Shown: positions 1 through 12,900 of the stretch, in pieces
Layout: the number at the start of each line of letters is the position of its first letter
Numbering within the stretch: the stretch's first letter is position 1
NCBI GenBank assembly: GCA_010405405.1
Contig: MU004236.1
Location: 2,052,070 to 2,116,069, forward strand
From: Microthyrium microscopicum
Taxonomy: Eukaryota
Reading direction: 5' to 3'
DNA: 64,000 nucleotides
Notes under the pieces: model-generated
The model's input: the letters and a program-made list of their open reading frames with translations, nothing else
Databases searched by the model: none
Told to the model about the DNA's origin: nothing
Translations under genes and position numbers: made by a program

Positions 1-2799
1 AGCTATTCTGCTAGATCTATACTCTAGGCTATAAATAGATGTAGGACTAAAGGATAGACTATGTGTAACAAACTCGTAATTCTGTTATTCTTTGCTTTTA
101 TAAGATTATTATAATTATCTAGAAAAGTAATATAATCCTTCTATGGGCTAAAGACGCTATTTATAAATAGATAATTAATATTAGTAGGAATAATATCTAG
201 ATTAGTTTATGTGCCTTAAGAGATTAGCTAAGGAAGATTCTTTTTTATAAGTATAGCTAAGCTGGCATTAACCTTAAAGAACTAGAAGACTATGGGGTAC
301 TAATTCTAAATAGTATATTAGAGATAGTGGAGAAGTAGATTAAATTTAGTATCCTTGCTGCTAACTATTAAATTGCTAATTATAGTAGAGTAGACTTAAA
401 AAAAGTTGTTTAATAGGTTAGGGTATATCTTAATAATAAGTATAGTTATATAGCCTATAGCTAATATACTTCTATAATATTTAATGTCTTAATTAATCTT
501 GTAAGCTAACTAGACGAGTTACTTTTCTAAGATAACTGTAGGAAACTTAATAACTATTTAGTCTATCTTTTTCTTCTTTATAATTAGATTATTTAGTAAG
601 AAATAAATGGTTTTAACTATTAGAGTTATAATATTTTCTTATATATTATTTTTGTTTTTATTAACTTTAAAAGTATTTCTCTTGTCTTTAAGATATAGGT
701 AAATAGTTAAGGTTAATATAAACTAAGTAACTTATTTATTATTCTTTATTATAGAGAATTGTGTTTTAATATTAGAAACTATAGCCTATTAATGCTTCTT
801 TTTTAATCTACGTATATATTTAGGCTTACTAATAGTATTATCTTAATTAACTTTATTATTAATGCTATTACCTAAGTATTAATTTGCTTTATTAATTAGA
901 TTATCTCTACTAAGAGCTACCTTTAGACCTTTCTTTAGTATATCTTCTAGATAAGGCTTATCTAAATATACTTATAAGCTATAAATTTGCTAGATTAAAG
1001 GCTTGCCGTTAGATAGATTTACTATAAGATTGTAGATAGTGTATTAAGGATTCTTAGGATCTATTTAAGATATTAGTATAAGGGTATATTTAGAGGCTTT
1101 TAAACTATTCTAGACTTTTGCTTTACCTTTGTTCTTAGTTTTAGGATTTTATTTACTTAAGTCTAAGAATATAGGTAAAGGATCCTTTTTAGCTAGGTAG
1201 GCAAAAATAGCTATAGAATCTAGTTTATATAAGTAATTAGCTAAGGATAAGGGAACGAATTTCTTTAAACTTATATTTTAATAACCTTAGAATTATTTAG
1301 CTTACTATCCTTATAAGGAGCGCAAGTTTTACGCTAATTAGGAAGAAGTTTTAGGATTATAATAGCTAGATGGCTAAAGATCTTAGTAGGAATTTCGTCT
1401 TTACCTATATCTTAGCTATAGATTTAGCTATTATAATTATATACTAATTGTTAAGTACGTAAAGTATTATAAGTAGCTATACTTATGATAAGTAGAGTAA
1501 GAATTAAGGAAGAGATAGAAAATATAAAGGATTTAGGTAGTGTTTTCTTTAAGGAAGGAGAAGTATTAAGAAGAGAAGATAAATAATAATAATAAAAGTA
1601 ATAACTTACTTACTATACTAAAGCCTAAAGGCGTAACTACTAAAAGTTAGCTATTTAGCCTAAACTTTAGGTTACTAAGCTATACTATCTATAAAAGAAT
1701 AAACTTAAGGAATTATTTAAAAGGACTTATTTAATTCTTATAATTACGAAAGATAGTAAGAAAGAGAGGTAATAATAAGAAAGAGGTTATAAGAATAAAA
1801 TAAAGAATTGCTCTCTCTACTAGAAACGCGACTAGAAGTTTATCTATTAATAGAGTTATTATAAAGCTATGCTATTCTGTATATAATAACTAAGTATAAG
1901 ATAGATTTAAAAGAACTTATTTAATCTAGTAATTATAGAATAGTAGTAAGAGAATAATAGTAAGAGAGATTTAGTAATAAGAAGATAGAAATATTCCTTC
2001 TTTTAGTATAGAATCTTCTAGTTAAATAGGCAGAAACCTTACTAAAGCCTATATGTAATAATTACGTAGCTCTTAAAGTTAAGAGAGACTATTCTTTCTC
2101 TCTTAAATATTAAGTATAAGTATAGGTGTTAATTATAGTTTCTTATTCTATTGTGATTACTACTAAACCTTATATTATAACTACTAAGTTAGGAACTTAG
2201 CTAACCTTATATAGGCTAAGACTTCCTTTTAAGTTTAAGCTTATATTAACTAAGCTCTACTTTACTACTTTAAAATATCTTTTCTCTAGGCTTTTAATAC
2301 TTCTTTTCTTACTACTATATCTCTACCTTACTACTTTTTTGTAATTACTAGATTAAATAAGTTCTTTTAATTCGTCTATTCTTTAGCTATTAGTGTTTTA
2401 TATACTTAGTAATTGCTTTAGTTTAGTTCTATAGGCATTAAATCCTTTTCTTTAAGTTAAAAACATAAATTAGCATCCTTAATTCTATAGCTTAAGGCTT
2501 TTGTACGCCTAACTATTTCTTTAATAAGGCCTCTAGGTATAATTCCCCTTTATAAATTAATTATAAATATCAGATAAGTTATTCTCTTAGTACCCTTACT
2601 TTAGGAGGTTTTAGTATTTTATATATAGACTTTTAGAACTAGCTCTTCTTTAATATAAACCTTATTTTTAGCTAGTAGTAGCTTATAGGTATGATATTTT
2701 ATAATAGCTAACTTTAAAGGTATAGTGTAATACTACTTAAAGGTACTAAATAAATATTTTAGTTAACTTAACTTACTAGCTTTAATATATCCTTACTAA

Positions 2800-5700
2800 A
2801 TACTTTTTACTTCTAATCTACTACTAATTTACTATATTTAATAAATCTTCCTTTTCTAGTGCTATTAACTCTATTAATAAATCTATACTAAACCTTATAA
2901 ATGACGTAATGAAGATAATTTATAGAATAAACTCTAAGTATAATTAGGGAGATTGTAAGTAGGCTAAGTAAATAGTTAAAGCTAAGAATAATGTAACTAA
3001 GGCGGACTTTTGTATGGAATTAGGCTATTATACTAATAAAATAGTCCTTAATATTATCTTTGTTGTAAAAAAGGATATTTTTAACTAATTTGGCGTAATT
3101 AAATGGCCTACTAATACTATTAGCTGTAATCTTAAATATATTAAAGTTATTAAACGCGATTTACAATTCTCCTAAGCTATTATTTTATTAGTATTTAATA
3201 TTTTCTCTTATGAAGCCCTAGACTAGATTATACTTTTGTACGCGCGATATCTTATTAGTAACAAATAAGCTTATTAAAAACGATATAAGTAACAAAAGCA
3301 GCCCTATAATCTACACGATCGTTTTGCTTTAAAGCTAGATATAATCCTAATTATTCTATAAATAACCTAAGCGTTTATGATATTTAACGATAAAGACACG
3401 TATAGTAATTCTGCTTTTAAAGAATATTAGCTGTACTATTCCTAGCTCTCTAACTAGCTTTACGGGACTATAAATAGACTATAAAGAAATTATACTTACT
3501 ATCTAAACCTCGTTAATAGCGTATTATTAAACGTGCTATAACTATAAAGCGATAGCCTAAGTTTAGCTATGTCTTATCCTTTATTTAACTAATATAAATA
3601 CTAAGGTTATATAATGCTATTACTAGGCTTTTAGAATAGTAATATCTATTATTAACTATAATAGTAGCTTAGCTATTATGGAATATAACTTTCGCTATCT
3701 ATGTAGCGTAACCTAACTTAATATGACTCTATAATATTTAGATTTAGAGATATAATTCTATTTTAGCTAAGTTCTAATAGCTATAGCCTATATTAAACTT
3801 TATAGTAATTTAATACTAGTAGGAATATAGTGTTAAGCTATGCTAATAAAGATAATAATAACTTCTTCTAAGGTACTTTAAGAGGTTATTGTAGTAATAC
3901 GCTATAGTATAACTAATTTTACGTATATACCTCTAGTAATAGCTATATGCTACCTAGATTTATCTAATTATTTCTTTTAGCTCTACTAGACCCTTCCTAA
4001 TCTTATGTATATATTTCTAATAATAGCTATATACTACTTAGATTTACTTAGCTACCTCTTTTAGCTTTGCTAGACCTTCTTACGCGTATATAATTAAAAA
4101 AGAAAAAGCCTACTTTAAAGAAATATTATAAAACCTAATAGTCCTTATCTATCTTTTAGGAAACTAATGCTTAAGATAGTAAAGACCTTAATATGATTAT
4201 ACTAGTATTTATTAAGAACTTTTTATAAAAATAGGTTATACTAAACCTAAAAGATATATATAAACTAGGCCTTTTTAACTTATCTAAAATAAATATAAAT
4301 ATTTATAAACGTGTAGTTAAGATTAGTATAAGGCACTTTAAAAGTATAATAAGCCTAAAGTTAGACTTATCTAAAAGTCTAGATATAATTTATAGTATAG
4401 GTTAAGTATAAAATAATTAAACTATTTTAATAAGTTTAAATATACGTAATTTTACTAAAGTTGCCTATAATAATCTTTATAGGCTAAGAAAGATTGCTTT
4501 TAAAGTTACCTAGGTTAAATCTTTCTTAAAAAAAACTTATATTAATAAATGAAAGCGTAAAGCCTTAGTTGCTTCTGCTCTAAGCCCTTTTCCTTTATCC
4601 TAAAATAGATATAATAAAAAACCTTATATTTAACCTTATATAGATCCTTAGCTAACTACTTAACCTACCTTTATTACTAAACTATTAATACGTAAATATA
4701 ATATGTATAAAGATTCTATTCCTAACTAATTTAATAAAGATAGCGAGATTACTAAAGATAATAAAGATAGTAAGGTTATTAAAGATAATAAAGATAATAA
4801 GGTTACTAAAAATAATAAAGATAGCTTAGATAAGGATTCTAAAGATAGCTTAGTTAAAGATTCTAAAATAAATTTAAATAGTAATTTAGATAATTCTAAA
4901 GAAGAAGACTTAGAATTTCTGCTAGCACTACTTAGTAGAATAAAGCAGAAGTACTATAATGATAAGGATAATATAAGAAGAGTTAATAGTAGCTATAATC
5001 TTTTAGTATCTATGAACGAAAAGAAATTTAAGAACGAATCTAGCTCTCGCAATTATAAAGAATAATAGACTTTAGCATAAATAAGCCTATTTGGTAGGAA
5101 AAATAGAGGCAAGTCTAAACGTAAGGAGATAAAGATGAAATTAGCTCTAATCTTAGAAGCGATTAATAAGAATAGTAGCTAGGAATATTATACTTTTCTA
5201 AGCTTACTAGTCTAAATATCGTAGCCCTAGAATGCTACTACTAATACAGAAATAGAGGGCGTACAATAAGATTAAGCATTACTTCTAAATAGTACTAGAC
5301 CTATAAATACTACTACTATATCTTCTTAAAGACTTAAAAAGCGCGTTATTAAGCTAAAGATAGAGAGCGTACAATAAGATTAAGCACCACTTCTAGACAG
5401 CGCTAGACTTATAAATACTACTACTATATCTTCTTAAGGACTTAAAGAGCGCGTCGTTAAGCTAAAGATAAGAGACGTATAATAAGATTAAGTACCGCTT
5501 CTAGATAGCGCTAGACCTATAGATACTACTACTACATCTTCTTAAGGACTTAAAGAGCCTATTATTAAGCTAGAGATAGAGGGCGTATAATAAGATTAAG
5601 TATCGCTTCTAGATAGTGCTAAACTTATAAATACTACTACTATATTTTCTTAAGAACTTAAAAAGTGCGTTATTAAGCTAGAGATAGGAGGCATATAATA

Positions 5701-8700
5701 AGATTAAGCACTGCTTTTAGATAGCGCTAGACCTATAGATACTACTACTATATTTTTTTAAAGACTTAAAGAGTGTATTATTAAGCTAGAGATAGAGGGT
5801 ATATAATAAGATTAAGTACTACTTCTAGATAGTACTAGACCTATAGATACTACTATTATATTTTCTTAAAGACTTAAAGAGCGTATTGTTAAGCTAAAAA
5901 TAGAGAGCGTATAATAAGATTAAGTACTGCTTCTAGATAGTAATAAACTTACGCGGCTTTAAAGCCTTAAGCTTCCTACTAGTAATATATAGATAGGAGA
6001 TAGTGAAGTATAAGTACTAATTTCTATAGATATTAATTATTTATCTAAAATGTGTTATTTATAAAGACCTAATTCTACTACTCTAGATTATATTATATTA
6101 TCTTTTACTCTATAAAAATTAAGTTATCTAATAATAGCTAAACCCTTTCTTAATTATTTAAGAAAATACTATAGCTCTCTAAATACGCTAGCTTCTCTAA
6201 CTATGCTATTTTCTTAAAATAAGCTATCTTCTTCTAACTATACTAAATCTTTAAGTTTCTCTAAGCGTGTTATTAATTTTACTAGCGCTAAGAATGTTAT
6301 TAATCTTACTATTAATAACTTAGAATTATTACTATTTATAGTAAACATTCTTATAAATGCTAAAGACTTAATTAAGAAAGATATTGCTATGCTAAATAAC
6401 TTTATAGCTATTAAAGTAATTAATTTAATTATAGAAAAGGTTACTATGCTATTTAAACTTTAGTTATTAAACTTATTATCTTCTTTATAGAATAAAGTAA
6501 ATATGTTACGTAGTATAGAAGTAAAATACCTTTAGAAGTTATAACTTTATAAAGATAAGTAATAGTATAACTATAATAATAAGGATAGTGATGTAAGAAT
6601 TAATATATAGTAAGCTTATAAGAAATAGATTAAATCTTATTTATTTAATATATATAAACTAATACCTAATACTATTAGCTTTTATATACTAAAGACTTCT
6701 AAAAATAAATATATCTAAGAATAAACTAGTTTCCTTATTAACTACTTTAACTATACTAAATATAGATCTATTATACTTAAGTCTTCTATAATAGGTAAAG
6801 CTCTATATACTAAAGCTTTATAAGCTAAACTATTTTGTAATATATATATAGAACGTAGAGAGTCTAGAATAGTTAAAGATAAGGATTTAAAAGCTTCTTT
6901 TATTATAAGCTTTTACGTAGAACTACTATAAAATAAAACTTATAAGTACTTAATACTTAAAGACTAGAGAGAGATATATGTATTTTTTAACTATAAAGAT
7001 AAGAGTAATATATTAGACTTTATTATTCTTAGATTTAAAGTTAATATTTAAATTTATTAAGCTATTAGAGTAATGATTATATATAAGTATATTATCCTTA
7101 CGTAAAGTTTCTATATTATAAACGTTCTAAGCTTAGGAAAGACTATCTAGATGCTAATTACTATTTAGATAAATAGTTAATAAACTAAAAGCGTAGTAAT
7201 GTATATAAAGAAGTAGCGCCTTATAAGAGAAGAGAAACTTAAGCTTCTTAAGGAATATTTATTAGATATTTAGGTTCCTAATTATTAAGGCCCTAAGGAT
7301 AAAGAGAAAGGTTCTTATATGTAATTAAGGAGTCTTAACTAACTCGTAATATACTATTACTCTAAGAAATTACTAATATAGTTAAAATCTACTATAACCT
7401 ATATTAACTTAGATAACTACTAGTATAGTACTCTTACTATTAGTATAAACTATATATAAATAATTATATTTATAATCTTAGTTTGGTTAAATAAATAGAA
7501 AAAGATAATTAATACCTTAAAATATAAAAGTAAGCCTAACTAGGTATTTACCTTCTATGTTAACTATTTAAGCATAAAACCTAAGTTTATATTCTTAAAT
7601 AAAGTCTCCTATACGTGTAGACTTTTTACTAATTTTAAAACTAATTTTAGAATACCTAAGTAAACTAGTATTATTGTATTAATAATATTAAGTTTATATA
7701 TGTCTTAGGTCTTATAACTAATTATAAGACTCTTATAAATGTAGTTAAAAGAATAAAAAATTAGATATTATAAAACTCTAGAACCTAAGAACTACCTTTA
7801 TACTAATATAGAATTAATAGTAAATAGAGATAAATGTCTATGTGATTAAAGATACTTTATAGTTAGAGTCTTAGTTTTAAATAAGTCTTATAAATATTAA
7901 ATACTAAATAACCTAACTTATTCTAATATTAATAAAGAAACCTATATACTTAGTTATATATTATTAGAATACTATCGTAGTATATAGTCTAGAGCTACTA
8001 TATTAGATTAATCTAGGATATATTATAATACTATAGTAAGCTAACTAAACCTAATTACTTACTTAGTAAATATATAATATATTTACTTTTCTAATACTAA
8101 TAAAGATATTAGGGTTTTTCTTAAAGATAAATTAAAGAAAGATTAGGTAATCTTTACTAATAACTATGTATTATTTACTTCTCTATTACTTAACGCTATT
8201 TTTAGTTAGATTGTTATACTTATTATAAAAGATATAAGATTATGTAAATATCCTAATGAAAGAAAAGAGAAATAGCTTATAAGAGAATAAGCTTAAGTAA
8301 GTGCTACTTTAGCTAGTATATATACCTTATTTAAACTTCGCTATATAATAGATATAGAACTTTTTAGTTAAAAGTGTATTATACTACCTCTAAATAAAAT
8401 AGAGTTTATTATTATTAATATAATAGACTTAGAAGCAATATAGCTTATAGATAAGCTTAATAAATATATAGTAGCGTAAATAAACAAACTAAAGATAAGT
8501 ACTATTAATGACTCTACTACTTAGCGTAAAAGTAAACTATATTAAGCTAAATAAATATAAGCTAGGCTAGCTAACTATATAGTCTACTAAACCTCTACTA
8601 AGATTATATATTATAAATTTATTATTAAGGTGCCTTATCTATTAATATTAAAATAGGTAAAGGAAATTAAAAGATAAGCTAAAGACAATCTCTATTATGT

Positions 8701-9950
8701 GCTAGTAAGAATTAATAGTAGCCTACCTTTAAAGCCTAATTCTAAGAAACTAGCTAAGCCTAAGGATAATCTCTTTGTTAAAGAAGCTCTTTAGTTTCTA
8801 AAGATAAGTGCTTAAATATAGTACATAGTAAATATTATTAAAAAGGTCTATACTAACCTAGAAATATACTTTTTTAATAGAGAGTAAAAGAAATAAAGCT
8901 TATAATAGGGTAAGGTTTTAATTATTATAAAATATCCTACTTTTATTAGTGCAATTATAGTAGCGCTTTAATATATAATTAAGAAATTTAATCTCTAAGT
9001 ACCTTATTTTAGTAAAACTAGTATATTAAGTAAAAAGTTATTTCTAATTAAAGTAGGCTATTTAAAAATTAGCTCATCCTTATATAATAAAGCTAATATT
9101 TATTACTTCTTCTAAAATATTCTAAAGTCTACTACGAGTAGTTAAACGCTATTAAGAGTAAGTGAATATCTCTTTAATAAGAACATCTAGGTTTTAATTA
9201 GAATGTATAATAGCTATAATATTAGAAGTAATTAGTAGTAGGTAAAGTATTTAATTATAATATTTATTCTAATATTGCTAAGTAATTAGACTTAAAGTAC
9301 TAGAAGAGTTTTTTAAGTAAGTAATATAGTAAAGTATATCTTAATTAATGTATTATACTTAGATGATAATTTAATTAATATATTATTATAGAATATTAAT
9401 AAGCTTTAGTTAAATATTATAGGTTTTATAAAGGCTTATTCTAAAGATTAAGTAGTATAACTAATAGAATTTAAAAATTTATAAATATATCTTAAATTAG
9501 GACTAACCTAGCCTAAGTTAACTAAACTAGTATTCTAACCTAAGAAAGCCTTAGCTTCTTTATCTATAAAAGAGATATAAAAATACCTAAAGAATATTAA
9601 AAATAATATATATTAGAATATTAAAGAGAGTTTAGTTATAATTAAGATAGAGCCTAGAGATAACGAATTTAATAAATAACTTTATATATAATTAGTTTAG
9701 TTTATAATAAGGGTTAAAGTATTACTATTAAATTATTAATAATATAGGATATTAGAAAATATACTTAAAGTTAATATTATTACTATTAATACGCAAAATA
9801 CGCTTTTATAGTAAATTTAAATATCTTAACTAAACTAATAGATATATCTAGTAACTAAAAGAATCTAGAGAGAGATAAAAGAATAATAAGGATAGATAAT
9901 AATGCCTTATAGCCTATAGAGTATCTATTTAGCTAAATATTTTCTAGCGT
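2800..9950 (+). pseudogene. RIP-inactivated giant ORF encoding a SNF2/SWI2-family (SF2) helicase with a low-complexity/repeat N-terminal region
   Basis: All motifs lie in one frame (position mod 3 = 2). 7106-7165 reads SFYIINVLSLGKTI*MLITI, de-RIPing to GF.I.DVPGLGKTIQML (motif I). 7577-7610 reads KPKFIFLNKVS, de-RIPing to FIFLDE (motif II). 9182-9325 reads NI*VLIRMY...IRSN***V...*STRRVF*VS, de-RIPing to IQVLIG....G.N.Q.......Q..GRVFRVG (HELICc motifs V/VI). The acidic tract at 4742-4920 and the 108-bp repeats share this frame. Ends are approximate. Confidence 0.75.
5249..5950 (+). repeat. 108-bp tandem repeat, ~6.5 copies (36-codon unit)
   Basis: The unit GAGATAGAGGGCGTACAATAAGATTAAGC...CTTCTAGA..GCGCTAGACCTATAGATACTACTAC... 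recurs at a 108-bp period (anchors at 5281, 5389, 5497 and onward). Copies differ almost only by transitions. Confidence 0.95.
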
Positions 9951-12900
9951 ATATTTATAAGATATAACCTAGCTATATTTATTTATAAACGCTATTCTGT
10001 TTATATTTTTCCTTCCTAGTAATATTAACTTATAAAGTAAATAATGTAGCACTATTAGTTTTTATAGCTCCTACTAAAATCTTAGGTAAAGAGCTTAGAA
10101 AGAATTATAGAGCTATATTATTTATACTGTTAAGTAATTAATAATCTAAGCTAACGTTTTAATAAGGTATTTCGTTAATCTTCCTCCTATTTATTTATAA
10201 TATTAGAACTTCCCTAAAAACGAAAATTAGTAATTTAGTCTTTTAACTTTAGCTTTTCTATAAGTAAATCTATTATCTCTACTAGTAGAAAATTAATAAA
10301 TTATGCTATATTATAATACTAACGTTATTAATATACTTAAATAAACTAGAAAAGATTTAGCTACGTAATTACCTTTTTTGCTAGAATTAATTCTATTATC
10401 TACTTTATTTATATCTAAAGGCTAAGGAAAAGGTAATAAAGAGGGGAGAGACGGAAAAAGATAGGGATAAGGAACTAAAAGTTAAGAAAGCTTAAACTTA
10501 AAGTATTGAGTTCTATTTAATTAGATAGGAAAAGCTATGTCTTTTTATAACCTTAATAATAAACTACTAGTCTAAGTAACTTTATTGCCTAAATTTAGAA
10601 CTTATTTATAATGACTATTACTAGTTTTAATCCCTAGCTTGCTTATTTAACTCTATCTTTATGCCTAATATCTTTATCTATCTTAGTATTATATTTACTA
10701 CTAATAACTATAAATATTATATTATTTCTTATACTAAGATAATCTATAAACTTAGTTAAGCTTCTATAAACTTAATAAGCTTATATAAATATATAAACTT
10801 TAAGAAACCTAATATAGTATTTAGATTTAAATAGTATTTAATCCTAATATATTAATTATAATTGTGCTTCTCTATAATTAGCTTTATTTAGATATGTATT
10901 TTAATATATACCTATTCTAATTATAGCAACTTATCCTTCCTATGTCTCTTATTAGGATTTGCTTAGGTGGGTACTATTATGCTTTAATTAGACCTACTTA
11001 AAGCACTTTAGGCTAATTTTTAAGGAGTCTAAGAAAAAGTAAAGTAATACTTAAGATACAAATAAAATTAAGAGTAAAAACTATAATCCTCTAGAATAAT
11101 TAAGTATAGACTAATTATTCTATAAATATAAAGCTATAACTGTGTGATTACCTACTCTACTAGGAGTAAGCTTGCTATATCTTGTATCTCTACTTAAAGG
11201 CTAAGAATGTAAAGAAATTAGAAAACGTAAAGAAGGTAAAGAAGTATGTAAAGAAGGCTATAAAGAAGGCTGTAAAGAAGGCTTAGTTAGAGGAGAAGGC
11301 TAAGGTAGAAGAAGTTACTAACTTATTAGAAAAGACTATACTTAAAAATAAGGTTAAGGTAGTAGCTAAAGAGGCTAAGAAGGCTTAGAGTTTAAGATAT
11401 AAGATACTCTTTGCTAAGTAGAAATTAAAAGTTATTATATAGAACCTATAGTTGCTATATTAAAGTTAATTAATAATATTAGCTTTAAAAGCTTAAATAA
11501 TTTTCTTTATTTATACTTTCTTACTTTAAAGGTTCTAGTCTCTATATTAGGGAGCTCTCTAATATAACCTTAAACGTTCTAAATATACTTATCTATAAGA
11601 GATATATAATAAATGATAAGACAAGTTATGAGAAAGGTAATAATTAGAAGTAGTAATTAAGGAAAATAGAATCTTAAGTTATAGGTATATTTAATAGGAG
11701 GGATTACTCTACTATTCTTAAAATCTAAGAATCTAATTAATTATTAAAAAAGTTATATAAGGTTCTAAACTTAAAATTACTACTAAGCTTTAAGGCTTCT
11801 TATTCTCTTTTTTGCTATTTATTTTTTTTTATTTGTAGTAATTATACCTTTATATTAAATGTATATTAGTTAGTATAAAGGTTAAGATATTATTCTTAAG
11901 GAGGGAAGAGTAGAGTCTACTAAGATAAGATAAGCCTTAGCTATAAAACTATTTATTATATTAATACTATTACTACTACCTTCTTTATCTATACTTTAAA
12001 GTAGTGAATAAGAAGAAAGAGGAGAAGGAAAAGATTATAAGTGAGAAAAATAAAGAATAAGAGGAGAAGAGAAAAGAGAAAAAGAAATAAGTGGAATAGA
12101 AGGTAAAAGAAGAAGAGATATAGTAAGTAAAGATAGAGGATAATTAGACTATTATAATTAGCTATAAAACTAAGCTAATATAATAATTTAGAGGTAATAG
12201 AAGTCTAAATTATTACTATTAATTATATTTAGGCTAGAAATTAAAATAGAAGAGGTTAGTACTTTAAGTAGAGAACTAAATAGCAATTATTACTATTTAG
12301 TTCTATTAGTATACTTTATAGATTAATTAGCGTAACCTAGTCTATATTATGAAATATTATTATTTGTTAAAAATAGAAGAGCCTTTAATTCCTACTAAGA
12401 AAGTATAATATTAACTAGAGTTGTTAAATCTAAAATATTTAAGTATATTATGTTTTTCTTTTATATTATTCCTATTTATCTCTAAGTAGATATACTTCTT
12501 ATTTACCTTAGTAGGAATAACTTAGAAAATATTAAAGACTATACGTACTTAAGTACTTATCTCTAGTACCTTATAAATAAAGTACCTAATAGAATTACGT
12601 TCGTAAGAGGCTATAGGGTTTATAATAGATTATATAATATAGAATTTAGAACGTAACGTAGCATCTTAGGTAATACGCTAAGGCTTTTAACTACTATAGT
12701 AGAGAAAAGACGTAATCTTATTATAAATCTACTTTATATAAAATAGCTATTAGACTTCTATTTTATTTATACTACTTCTTATTATTTAATTAATGCTAAT
12801 TATAGGTAAATTAGCTATGTTAAAGCTTATAATAATACTTACTTAAGATAAACTTATTATATAGTAATAATTACGTATAGGTAGCTATAGATAGTTCTTA

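Noticed and set aside
5249..5950. Regular repeat array as a CRISPR-like locus
   Set aside because: Units are contiguous 108-bp tandem copies without unique spacers, the context is eukaryotic, and there are no cas genes. It is a coding minisatellite.
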